64,000 nucleotides of DNA, taken from Daphnia carinata. Taxonomy: Eukaryota. Every line of letters starts with the position of its first letter. Within the stretch, counting starts at the first letter, position 1. Where the stretch lies: contig NC_081333.1 in the NCBI RefSeq assembly GCF_022539665.2, positions 12,090,001-12,154,000 of the forward strand, written 5' to 3'. The position numbers and the translations under genes are program-made. This document shows positions 28,027-41,500 of the stretch, piece by piece. The notes below the pieces were generated by a model that saw only the letters and a program-made list of their open reading frames with translations, searched no databases and was not told where the DNA came from.

Positions 28027-31000
28027 TCAGCGGCAGGTGTTGACGTGTTTCTTGACGGTACAGATCTTGCAGGTGACCTCGCAACACCATTTGAAACGGC
28101 AATGACAGTTGACACGGGTCTTGGTCGTCCGCGTTTCGTAGCCTCGGCCGCAACACAACAATTCGCAGCCTTCGACGCCAGGTGACGTGCTGTTGCAGAC
28201 CCTGCCGGCCGTGCCCAGCGATCCAGTGACTCGGTCCGGATTACAATAATCCGGCGATTCTTCCGAATAGATCAAATCTTCACGACCCGGCGGTTTAATA
28301 CTAGCTACTTCCGGAATGATGGTTTTACCGTCGTTACCTGCGCATTAATTGGACATTCAACAGAATTTCTCACGCAAAAAATTTGACTTGCGAAAAATTG
28401 CAAGAGGTGCGGAAACAAATGGAATCACCTGGTATGACCTTGGCAGCACCGTCGAATTTTTCTTTCAACCTGGTGGCGACGTCACGGAAAAGAGGCAACT
28501 TGCGCCAACAGGTGCGCAGTGTGCACGAACCAGACAGACCGTGGCATTTGCATTCCGTCCGCATGAAATTCTTGACCGACTATTATTTTTTCCCGTTAAA
28601 GGGCATCCCGAACAAATAGTATGAATTATTTCTTGGAATTTTAATTACTAAATGAATTTTGAATCAAAGAAAGGTGTTAATTAAAATTACCAGACGTCCG
28701 GCTTCGTTGTTGTGCAGCATGACTTGTGTCTTGAGGTCGCTTCGTTTTCGGTACTTGGCGTCCATGAACTCGCGCGATTTCTTGTATCCGTGCTGGACGT
28801 TGTCGGCGCAACCGCCCCATTCCCACTGTCCATCTGCGGAAAGGCCTGTTTTCAATCACGTAAATATGTCAACGATTATTTAAATGATGAACATGTTCTG
28901 TTCACTAGAGGGCAAGCGAGTAGCTCACGACATTTCACGAAGCTTCTGCTCAAAAATTCAGAATTTCAATCATTTCCCCCAAATGACATTAAAATCCGGA
29001 AAGGATTTACATTTGACCTGTGTGAAACTCTAAAGAATAAATAAATAAATGTCTAAATCAAATTGTTTTAACTATGCGCCGCTCTTTCCCCATTACATAA
29101 CGCATTTCTTTTGTTTCGTCTCTTAACCGCCCACCCTATACGCTTTGAGCACGTCTTTAAAAACCAAACAAACAAAAATAAAATCCCTCTCCATTTCTTC
29201 GTGCCCTTTTCCCTCTCGTTGGGTCTGACATGATCTGATTTCAGTTGACGAATGATCTGATAAAACTAAACCAAAACGTTGCTGCCATTGCGTTAGAGGA
29301 CGAAGAATCTGGCACTGGTGCCCATTAATGACGCTGGAAATTCTTGTCGTTGTCAACCTTTCTTTCTTCTTCTACAATTTTTATTTATTTATTTACTTAT
29401 GTCTGTTTGAAAAGGAAGAGAAAAGACAGAGAGGTGGAAAAGAGAAGAAGAAGAAAAAAAATGGTGGCGCTGTGTGTGGGTTTCGCTGTTGAACTTGTGC
29501 TGCCGCCGTGTTGCGTTGCTGACGAGCTTTTTCTCATCGGCTTTTTGGAATACCTTTCGGGATAGACACACGGGAGGAAAAAGAAAAAAAAAGGGACAGT
29601 TCAGAGAGAGGAAGGGATGACATTCTTTTGCGGAGAGCGTGGGAAACCTCCTCGAGTTTCTGACCGCCGCCGTTGCCGCCGCCGTCGTTTCTTATTCGTT
29701 GTGTGCGGCAATCGTTGATTCGCTCCAAACATTGAATGAAAAGAAAGAATAATCAAAAGGAAGGAAGAAAAAAAAAAAAAAAAAAAAAAGAAACAAAAAG
29801 CAAATTACGTGTAACACGTTTCGTAGGAGTTCGATGGGTTATTTTCAATGTCAGTGTATCAAAATGTCCGGGTGGTCTTTCCACCTTTCTTCTCCTATTT
29901 TTTTTTTTTTTGAAATTCCCGGTCTAAAGTTCCTCGTGTGTTGCCCTTGACATAGCGGCAAAGCTTGGATAGACTAAATAACACGTAGATATCATTCCCT
30001 GTGAGCGGCACACAAGGCGGGCCTCATTCCATCCCTCTCAGTTCTGCTGCTATTCTTTTTTTAAATCTCAGTTTATCAACAAGTGTATCGCTTTTGTTGT
30101 CCTTTAATTATTCCCAAAATGTCGGGGCATTTAATTTTAAAAAGAGCGCAGTTTTAGTCTGCTATTGACTAATGCCTACAAGGAGTGTGGCTTAATGGAC
30201 ATCAAAATGAATAAGGGAAAAAAAGAAACCGACTAACCTTTGATGGTTTTATCGCAGGTACACTGCAGGAGGTGGCCGGAACTGCACGCCTGCGTTACGG
30301 TGTAGGTCACTCCCGCTGCCACGATCGCATTGACGAACGCCGTTTCGCGTGTATCTGCACACAGCAAATTGATCAAAAACAATCGTTTTAAAATGAACAA
30401 CAGAATTACACAAAGATGGTTGAATAAATAAGAGCTGACCGGGTGGGATTATGATACTTGAATTTCTTGATAAACAATTTTGAAAAGACATGTATATACG
30501 GTACGCATATCAGCAAGGGTCTTCCGATAGTTGCCTACGTAGGTAAAAATAGCACCCAGGTGATAATGATGTCGGCAGTAGCTGAGGAACCGATTTCTTT
30601 CCTTTTTTTTTTTCTTTTAATAAAGGATTTCTTGTTTTAGAAGAAGAAGAAGGAGCCATCAGGCCGACAGCATTCTTTTCTCACGCTGATGTCCCTCAAA
30701 AAACAGAGGCATCTTTAAAAAAGAAATGGCCGGCACCATATAGACGGCTTGATCCGCCTTTGATTCAACTCTCTCCAAATATTTTTTCTTCAGGGAGAAT
30801 GGGGGTTGATGGAGGAAAAAAAAAAATATTTCAGCGGCACATCAACTGACATACACAACATGTCCTTTATTCCTTTCTGTTAAACCTTGACCATTTTTTT
30901 TTGTGTCGACTACTTGCGAAATGTTTTTCTCCAGACTCGCTTTATAGGTACACATAAATTGCCTTTAGAATGTTTTTCGAGATGTTTCAGCAATTCCACA

Positions 31001-34000
31001 AATGAAATTTGATTTTGGCTTGGATGAAGGCACGTGAGTTTAGTGGTTAAACTTGTAATTCTTTGTTCAAGAAGGACGGGAATAGTTGTATGAATTGAAT
31101 GATCAAAATAATAATGGCTTCAACACAGCGATCGTTTCTTTTCAAAAGCTGGTTCTCACGAGCGTGATCGTATTTGTCGCATGGCTGCCTTCTGGCTGTT
31201 GGCCTTTCTGATGTTTGGAGCTAATATATCAGCAGGGAAGGCATCCCCATAGAACAGGGTTTAAATAAAAGAGACAACAGCATAGGCTATTAACCGTCGT
31301 ATTTGTTTATACGACCTCCTTTTTCAGCGCTTTAAACAGTTTTAGCCTTTTCATTACACGTTTGTCTTACAAGTGTGGACTAGTTTAACGTTGGCTCTCA
31401 ATAAAACTAGCTGTCTAACAGGATTTGTTGTTTTATTTTGTTTTCTTTTTTCCCATTTTTAATTCTTATTCAAATGTCAAATGTATGATGGAAAGACGTA
31501 TCGCTTCATCGCACTCTCCGCTAACATCCAACAAACGCTTGCAGTAAAAAGAGAAACGAAAAACCAGTTGGACCATTTGATTTATCTGTGCACTTTCTTC
31601 GGTGATATTGTTTTAATGAGCTCACATTACGCGGGCCAAAACAGAATGGAAAACGAGTCGATTTTTTTTCTTTGTTTCGTTCTGTTGCACTATCGTAGTG
31701 ACCTTCCAGCGATCTTCGCTCGACTTTACGGTCTTGCATTGCCCGTTTGTGAGCGTTTAATTTGACAAGAGATGCACAGTTTTGTACGAGACGGTACCAA
31801 AAATTCAATCGCCACATATGAATGACTGCATAACGGGTTTCTGCTTTCGTTCACACGTTAACGTTTGTAATTAATGGGATGGCTGTATTCTCAGACAACT
31901 GGAAAAGCTTGTTCTTGCTACCGAATTATAGAAATTCATTGTGCTACTAAAGGTTGTTTGGCCTTTTTAAAGTGTATAGATTTCTAAGATGTAAAGCGCC
32001 TCTTAAGGAGCGACAAATTGATGAGCAATTTGTCATGTTTGAATCGAAATAAATGAAAACAACTGGCGCCGACAAAAGGTGAGAATAAGCACGTCGCTAT
32101 TTTTTGTTTTGTTTTTATTTTTCAATAAAAAAGAATCGGATGGACCTCCCCAGGAGTTTTGAACCAACGTTCGAGACGATTGCTGATATTGAGAAATTGT
32201 TTGGTAAACGACTGACAATGAGATAGCAGCCAGGTGATAATTGCAAAGCTATCGATATTGGAAAAAAAATATGTATACATATACAGAATAGCACGTAAAG
32301 TCCCTCTGGTTCTTCGTCTTTCAATCCCTCGGCTCATATATATCCACCCTATCAAATGGTACACCACAATAGCACCTCTATAATAACAAGATCTAACCAT
32401 CCCATTTCCCCCCCCCCCCTCTCTTTTGCCGCTATCTTTGCCATCGTCTGTCTAGTTTTTATTCACATACAATCTTTTTTTTTTTTACTTTTCTGTTTTC
32501 TACTCGTTTCTCAAGTCGGCGATTCTTGGAAGCTCCATTTTCCCTTTCATTTTTGTTAAGACGAAGAACGCTGGAGCTTAGGAAATGGCTTTGAGGGCGG
32601 ATGCGGGGAACATGGCAACGATGTTTAATAGCCAAAGGGATATTTCAATTTCGCGTTATCAAATGCAAAATCATTCAAAGTGTCCCTGATTTTATGAGAA
32701 ATGTGTTTTTTGTTTTTTTTCTCTTTACCTCTGGCGATGACTTTGCGCAGACTCTTTCTGGCCGTTGTACAATTCCAGCGGCGATTACGGAACTGATGTT
32801 GGCACTCTTTGGTACCCAGTTGGGCACCTTTGACGATCTCCTGCAACACTTTCGGCTCCTTGCGGCAAATTTCCACTTGGCGGCCTCTGAGCCTCCCGTT
32901 GTCACTCAACGATGTGCGTTCCAGGTGCTGAGCACGGCTCTGACGACACAGACGCATCGGTTCCATCATGGCTTGACTGGCGCTCGCCCTGGTTTATAAA
33001 CAAAACAAACACAATCAAATACAATTTAAACAATTACAATCTCCTTATTCTCGTACGGAGAGGAAAAGAGAAGATCAACTACAACAAACGAAATGGAAGG
33101 GAAAAGAAAATTCCTGGAAAGTTTTTAATCCGATTATTAATAGGTCCGCAAAAGCGATGAATTGGAGAGCCACTCTCTCGATTCCTTTTAACCCTCTTTG
33201 GCGGCAGAGGAATCGGAATTCATGAATATCACGACTCGGTATATATATATATAAAAAAGCGAGTCAAGGGAAGAAGGAAGGGATTTTGAACAGGTGATAT
33301 CTAAAAGCATCGCAGACGCAATAGGTATCTGCTTACCAGCCCGTTTTTTTTCTTTCTTCCACTTAAAATGAGAGGGGGGGGGGGGGAAAAAAGGGACGGC
33401 ATCCAAGACTGAGAATTCCGCGTCTGACGTTCTTCTTCCGAGCCGTCGAATTCGATCAGAAAGTTATGTTACCTCTATGACTCTCACGTATGTCCTGTGA
33501 TGGCTATACTTTGTAGACGATTAATGTGCGTCTAATCGTACCCACGAACAGCCGCTAGCGTTGGCATAACGTTTCATTCAGGAAAAAAAATTCGAACCGT
33601 GTCCGTCCTTTTTGGCAACGTTCGTCTATGCTCAATTTTCAGCGCGTGGAATTGTATTCAACAATATTGCAGGCGAGAGAAAAAGAAAGAAAGAAATGAT
33701 GATGTCTAGTAGAAAAAAGAGAACTGTCCGTGTGGTTGATAAAGATAAGCAGGATCGAATGCTATGGTGGATACCATCAAACTGGCCAAAACGATTTTCT
33801 TTGGGGTGGCGCAATTCAGAGAAAAAAAAACGAATTCTTCAAAAATGGACATTGTTTTTTAAACTTTAATGTCTTTTTTTTTCTAACATCTAGTTGAATT
33901 CGAATGAACTTGTGAAATGTTGCGTCTTTATTGGGGGGGGGGGGGGGGGGAAGATTGTCGGTTTTGGAACTACAAAGCGTTTCGAAGAAATGTCACCGAG

Positions 34001-34934
34001 TCGACCCGTCACATTTAAGTGGAAAAGTATTAAAAAAAAGAAAATGCGCACTGCACTACTTCGCTCTTTCGTTTCAGTGTGCACCAACTAGTTGGGCAAC
34101 CCCACACACGCTGTCCTTACAGCCCACCCAAACCCTTCCGCAATCCGCTCAAAAGCCAAAACGACAGCCGCTGAAAAATTAGGAACATAAATAATAAACA
34201 ATTCTCAAAAATTGGGAAGATAAGACAAGCGAGGATGGCCGATATCTGAAGGCTACCATGGCTGTTGATTGAATTTACTCTGTGACCGAACGTCATTGAA
34301 GTCACGCCAAAAGAGTTTTTCCTGTACGGGGAGCGTTCGTGAAAAATACGACAGGCTACGTGGTTTGAAACTGTTTTGTATTTTTTATTTTTTTTTATTG
34401 GAGTTGTAAGAGTGAAAAGCGAGGGTGTTGGTAGCGTCATTTTTAACTGCCGACTGCACTTAGACCGTGAAAGTGGACCGTCACTTTGCCAGTTCACCAT
34501 ATTTACGAGACGACGACCGTCAGCTTTGGTCCAAGTCAATTTAAGGAATCAAAGAAACGACATGTTCCTCTCTATTTTACTCTACTTTGCCTATCCGATA
34601 ACTTGATAACCTACACTGAAGTGATGGCGAATCGGGGCCACCGTTTCATTGGTGGTAAACAGTTTTGCCAGCTGCTCACACGCATATACGAATGTGTCGA
34701 GTGGGCAACAATCTATCAGCATTTGTAGCCGTTCACACATCGACTCACGATCGCTGTCCGATGTATCAATCAGCTCTTGTTTTTTTTGTTCCTCCACATG
34801 TATTGACAAATAGAGATAGAAGAATGAATATTAAAAGAACGCATGGAAAACACTTACCACCAGACATCGACTGCGCAGACGTGGAGGACGATCTCAACCA
34901 GGAGGCAGACGAGCGAAGCCGACCACAAATGCAT
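28027..34934 (-). CDS. Wnt6: Wnt6, 6 coding exons (minus): 34934-34858, 32988-32729, 30354-30238, 28845-28691 (alternative acceptor start 28833), 28579-28429, 28337-28027 (~356 aa)
   Basis: Signal peptide [26 protein letters not shown]. Wnt6-type motifs [24 protein letters not shown]...[92 protein letters not shown] introns with consistent phases; 1071 nt. Subfamily assigned by motif recognition and cluster position. Confidence 0.92.
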
Positions 34935-35331
34935 ATTTACACACACACACACAGACAACGCACTTGAAAAACACACACACACTATGCTAGACCACAGACA
35001 CAATTGGGAAGAAATAAGTTTGAAAAAAAATCGACACGATAATATTCGTCTTTGCAATGGGGTAGGTGAGAATTTGATGGAAATTGAAATTGAGTTCCGC
35101 ACGGCGGAATTTTATCCCGAGGGTTTCTTATCTAATTGTTCCCCTCTTTTTTTTGTTTTTCTCGATCGCTATTCTTGTTTTACGCTACTAACACGAAGGA
35201 TATGTGGTTCGATTGGCACGTGAATACCGAAAGAATAAAACAGGGTGGGGGCGAATTCTCGTCAAAAAGAAAAGCACTTGGAGAAGAATTCGATTGATTT
35301 GGCAGTCGACTTGCGAAATCAAAGAATCTGA

Positions 35332-35362
<31 letters not shown>

Positions 35363-35569
35363 AATGATTTTGATTGATGAATAAGAACGAAAGGGATCGG
35401 GCACGCTTGCGGAACACACAAGCGTTGCTTGTTTTGCCGGCAAAACAATTGAAGAAGCACAAATGCCTATCAGCCGGGCAGATCGGCCACCGAGTCTCTC
35501 GTTCACGTTGAAGACCAGATGAATAGTAGTTGATTGCTGGCCGTGCTCCAGCTTACACAGCGCGCGCAA

Positions 35570-35570
<1 letters not shown>

Positions 35571-35608
<38 letters not shown>
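35571..35608. repeat. (AC)19 microsatellite upstream of Wnt6
   Basis: Read directly from the sequence. Confidence 0.95.
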
Positions 35609-35611
<3 letters not shown>

Positions 35612-38540
35612 CACTCTCACACGGCTGATGGAATAAAAGTCCGAACTGCTGCGGGGAAACAAACAAACGGGAAAACAAAAAAGAAACGAGAAAAAAAAAC
35701 AAAAAAGAAAAATGGCGGCAATTCTTTTTACTTATGAAACTTTTTTGTTTTATCTTGTTTTTTTCCTCGTTTTTTTTTTCTTTATATTGTGATTTCTAAA
35801 TTTCTGGTTTGATAATGCTGGCAGGAATGGAATGAGAGACAAGAAAAATCTGAATTGACCGAATAATAAAGCGAGCGTAGGAAAAATAAAAAAACGAATG
35901 AAAATCAAATGATAAACGAAAGCGCAACTGACATCAACTGTCAGCGTCGACTCGGAATGATTTTTTTTTCCTTTTTTGTTTTTCAGCTGCGGAACAGGTG
36001 CAAAATGCAGCGAGCGACAAGATGATTGAAGATTGCCTAGGTGCGCCAGCCGCCAGCAAAGAGATCGCACACTTTACTAGAGGTCAACTAAGTTGGCAAG
36101 CCATATCATTCCGGCAAACTGGGCCCGCCCGACCGGCTCGTATTTCTTTTCTTTTTTTTCTTTTAATTTTTTTTTTTTTGTTGGGTCTGCTACTAGCACA
36201 AGAAACGGAAGGGAGGAGGGATCAAAGAAGAGGAGGCGAGAAGAGGATGGTCGATTGCTTTAGCAATTGGCGCACGGTGCACTTCGTTTCACGTGTTTGT
36301 GTGAATAGTCAAACAAGCGGGCGCCTCGTTCCGGCAAATAGCAAACAAGCGGACACTATTGTTGTTTATAGCCTATAAAACACGAGAGAGCCGGAGGAGG
36401 AGAAAAGGGTAGTTGACCCTCCCACGATGTCAAACTTATCTTTCATCAGCTCTATCTTCCCCGACTATAATTGTGTCGTCCGACTATCAAAGGATAACTC
36501 GAAGAAACAAACACGTCGGGCATGCGTCTAAGGCTGTCGAGTTCGATCCAATAAGGAAACAAACAAACAAAATTAACGTTTTCATTTCGGCCACTAGATC
36601 TATTCAATTTCTCTTCTTCTTGGCGTGTGTATGTGTGTGAGGGGGTTGTAGAAGGTGCAGAGCCGTTGGATGAAACGCGATCGGTAGACTTTGAAAAGAA
36701 AGAAACGAACGGGCAAATGGTATAGACGAACGAAGTGGGTGGTGTCCTGTCTGAAGAGTCTCTCCAGTTACAAAATGTGCCGGAGTATAGACATCAAAAA
36801 ACGGCGAGCGCTGAAGGAGAATGAAGAAGGATATTTTGCCTTGATCCGTCCGAGGCCGCCGACAATATCCAACTTATCCGGCCGATTAAATTCTGACGTA
36901 TCCTCTCTCTCTCTCGCCCCTCTAATGCAGCCGAAAAGACATGCACACACCAAAACAGCCCCATTTCTCTCTTTCGCCACGGCTCTTCGTCATCACACAG
37001 AGAAAGAGAGCTGTTTAGGGAGGCTCGTTTTTCAGCCGAAAATATAATGCCCATCCACTTATCGTCGGAGAATAGCGTCTAATTGATCTGACATCCCGAT
37101 GCCGTGCCGTTGTGACTGGAAACGAAACACCGCATTTATCACCGAAGACGACCACCCTCTGGAAGGAAAATAAAAATATAAATAAAACACCAACGCGTGT
37201 GCTGTTAACTCGCGCTTGATGGAAAGGAAGACTTTAAAAGACTTGAGGATCGTGTGTTTGTTGGTGCCTGGTGATTGAATCGTTCCGAACGCTGACTCCA
37301 GTCAAACAGATGTCGGGACGAGATGGCGGACGTTTGGAGGGGGGGGGGATCATTTTTCAAGCATAGTTTTAAGTTGGTATAGCATTTAACACGAATCTCA
37401 TGTCGTTGACAGCACAGAATAAAACGCACACGGTGACTATTTGAATATGCGACTGAAAATGGAAGAACGATCACCCCACTAAATAAAAGACAGTCGAAAT
37501 ACGAATCGTGACGACAAAGGTAAAATGGTAGGACATTCCTGGCGACCCTGAATATCTCGTCCATCCCATCTTTTTTTTTTTTTTTTTTTTTTTTAGTTCT
37601 TGTTTTCCGCTTTTCTCATTGACTTTGCTTTGCATTTTCACCCTCTGTGGCGTTGTTTGATTTTTGTCAAGTCATTTAAGAGATTATTCGCTTTTCTTCT
37701 CTCCTCCTTTTCAAGTGCATACCTTACGTATATTGTGTTCGTTTCTCTTTTGTTTTGTTCCCTTTGCTTGAAAAGACACAAAGTCAGCTGTTTACACGGG
37801 TCGGATTACGTACCCACTCTCTCTATTTTCTTTTTTCCCCATTATGTATTTGATCTTTGACAAAAAAAGAGAACCGCCTTCACTTGTGGAACAAGATACA
37901 CAAAGAAAACGACAGACAAAATAGAAAGGGCATAGATTAAAAGCATTTCTTATAGTGAGATTGAGAGCACTAATTGTTGCTTTCACACCACTTGCATAAG
38001 TGTGTTTTGCATTGTACGAATAAAATAGAGCTCATAAATATATTACACTAAACAAAATTTCCACTGTTACGAAATCGTTTTTACAGTTAGTTTTCTATTA
38101 ATTTTATCAAATTTTCTTGTTCTCCGGCAAGTTCATTTCATTATGCAGAGTGCGATAAAGTGCAATTCAAGTGCTGACGCTGATGAATGCATCGTGATAG
38201 GACGGAGTATTAATATCTAATATTATAATCGTGAACAATTGAAACGAAATGGATTGGATTTGCAACTTCAGTGATCCGTGCAACGTCCACCTAATTCGCT
38301 TGTTTGTATTTTTTTTTTTTCTTTTCGTGAAACGCGCTGACATGCAGTTTGACCGGCTTCTTTTTTCAATAGTTTTTACGTGCACTCCACTTATCTGCGT
38401 TCGCATTTTTGGCTTCGGATTTTCTTTTTTTATCATTCCCCTGAAAAAAGGATCTGATTAAGAAAAAAAAAACCCTAAGGTAAAAAACTGGAATGGTCGT
38501 TTCGGTTGGCCAGTTTCGAACACAGTGAAAAAAGAGAAAC

Positions 38541-38542
<2 letters not shown>

Positions 38543-38574
<32 letters not shown>
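38543..38574. repeat. (CA)16 microsatellite
   Basis: Read directly from the sequence. Confidence 0.9.
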
Positions 38575-38579
<5 letters not shown>

Positions 38580-41500
38580 TGTCATTGGGAAACTTCAAAA
38601 TATAAATCGAATAATGAGAAACAAAACCCGATCCAAGGTTCATCAACTATTATTTTTTTTTTGTGACTGTCTCAACCGATGACATTCATGTCGTAATAAA
38701 GTAAATTTTGATTTTCTTTCTGACCCAACCTTCGTTCTGTCGTTTTTACTTCGGTTTGGTGTTGTTACCAGCTGTGCTGGGGAATAGGACGGCCGAATAA
38801 AACATGGATGATGACGATAGCGAACGTAAAAAAAAAAACTCGTTTTCTTAGTTAAGCAATTCGCGTATAGCGGGCCGTTGCCGCACCTGTGATAATGCAA
38901 ACCATAGTCGTGACAGGGCGCGGATGCACACCTGTGGACGACATTGAATCCATCATCATTTCAATCTCGCATTATCTGCAATTCAATTTTGGCTATGCAT
39001 CCGGTCTCATTCACCGCACTCGTCTAAACAACCCACACAAAAAAAAAAAAAATGTTATCCGCCTCTCTTTTTGAATTTCAAAATATTTTTTAAAAATATA
39101 TATTTTCCTCGTGCGTTTTGCGCACGCGCCAAGATAATAAACCTTCCGCCTGTTTGCATCCAACTGATTTTTGGGAGGCTTTCTTTTTGACAGGTGGCCA
39201 TTCTTATTTTGCCAGATCAAGTGACTATGAGAAACAGACGAGAGAAAATAACAAAACAAAAGGATCTGCGCCTTGTTAGAGGATGTACAGAAAGAAGTTA
39301 CAGCCATGCATATAGAGGCAGCTAATCTGGAGCAAAAGAAGGAGCACTTAACGAACGTGGACCAGACGGCCCGTGCCGCCCGTTGTTTTGAACTCTCAAC
39401 GTCACAATCGGTCGCCCCGTGTGACGTCGGCACGTAGACGAAGAGGGTAAAAAGAAAAAAAACAAAAAACAACCAAAATACAAGATGAAAAATAGTGCAT
39501 TGTCTGCCGGAGTCGGCCCACTTAAGACACGAAAGAGAGAAATCTTCTCTTATCACGGTAAAACACGTGTGCTGTTTGGGTATAACTTGTTCGCGTGCGT
39601 CTCAAATTTCGCCTCTTAAACGGGCGAGAGATGAGATGGAGAAACAAGTTGCGGTTTCGAGTCATCATAATTTTAGGTTCTTTTAGCGTGTCTGGGGCTA
39701 TGCAAGAAGAACTGTTATAAAGACTGGAATGTTCTCCAAAATTTTATTTTCTGTGCTCTAGGTATGTTCACTTAATAACGATTGGGTAGTTATGATTTAC
39801 GTAGTCGAGGATGACGATGATGATGGTCTCTTTTTTGTTTCGAATAAAACTGTGGAACCTGTGATGGACAGGGAGGAACCATCTAGCGGAGGAGGTCTTC
39901 ACCTCCACCAAGACCCACTCTTGAAATGTAACACAAGATATAAAAGAATATCAACAATATAAAAATATATTCGAAAATGAATAGGACTTGATGGGTGGTC
40001 GTGTTCATTTGTTTTATTGTTATCACACATCGTTTTCGATGCCGGCGTTTCCTCGTTTCACCGCTCTAGAAAGGATACAGCGGATGTATACGAGGAAAGC
40101 TGAGAAAAATCAAAAAAAGGCCGACATGTTTTTAATACACAGATAGGAACACATTCATTTCGAACTCATAAAAAATATATAAATTGGTGTACGAAATATT
40201 TACGAGTGGATTCCTTTGTGGCCTTAAAAGAGAACCAATTAAAACGATAGAAAAAGATCTTTGTCTCCGTGGGGTCGAAAACGATCCGCGTCCAAAGTGA
40301 ACTGGATAGAGAGGAGGATCCCATCACTTGTAGCTCAAGAATTTTCTTTCTCATTCGTTCCCTCCTTCCACTTTACCTTCTTTTTTTTTCTTTTTTTAAA
40401 GTCATTCTCGAATTCGAAACCCTATGATTTGGGGTCACACGAAGACTAGCTGCTCCGTGCCGAAACCTCTGCGTGCGTTGCACTTACAGGCTTAATTATC
40501 ATTCGCAAGCGAGCCTCGAAGCCACGGACAAGCCACACTATCTTGTTTCGATTCTTTTCTTTTTAATTCTTATTCACGAAGATGTTGGCTGTAGCCGGAA
40601 AAAAAAATAAAAGACGGATGCATCCGAGTGGATCATCGCCATCATCATCAAAGAAATAAAAATAAGAGAAACTGTTTCATCCTGAAAGATGTTTTCACGT
40701 TCAGGTGTCAAAAGCTCCTCTTTTGATTATTCTGAATTCACGCTCAACACGACCGCCCTGCTAACGAATTCTTCTTTTGTTTTTGTTTTTTCTGCCAAAG
40801 TACTCCCACTACCGTTTGATTTTAACGCAAGAGTTCCCAATTGTCTTATCATCGTTTTTTCCATCATTATTTTTCTTCTTCTTTTATGCTAATCATAATG
40901 ATTAACTTCGGTTTTCGCTATGTGGTTGATGGTACAATTCACCGACCGTCTGCTGAGTAAAACCGCAATACCGCTGTCGATATGTGACCTCTAGATCACC
41001 TGTTGTTCTCTTTTTTTGGTTCGTCATGTTGTGGGTGTCACCTGCGTCACACGATACCTCGTAATAACAGGGTTGTCGTAGCGTGAGTGTGCGAAACAAA
41101 CTTTACAAGCATCTCTAAACTTCCGAAAAAATACGATGTAGTTCGGCTAAGCGCATTTTAATTGAACAGCTGCGGTGTTAAACCTAACCATTCTCCGAAA
41201 ACGCGATGTCTTACTTTTTAAAGAAGATTATTAAACAGTGAATAAACTGGTATTGTTTGATGGGCGGGCTTTTGTAAAAAAAAAACAGAGAATGTTAAAG
41301 CCGATTTGTTCTTCCCTTTTTTTCCGGAATTTCTTTCTCTGCTTTTCCAAGTTTATGACGGTATCGTCATAACTATACGACTATGGCGTCACTGGGCGTC
41401 ATACTCATAGACGCAGTATATATTTACTGTGCCCATGTCTATAAAAAAAAAAAAAAATTACTAGCAAAGTGTGATATTCCTTTCACGAATAATTCGATAT

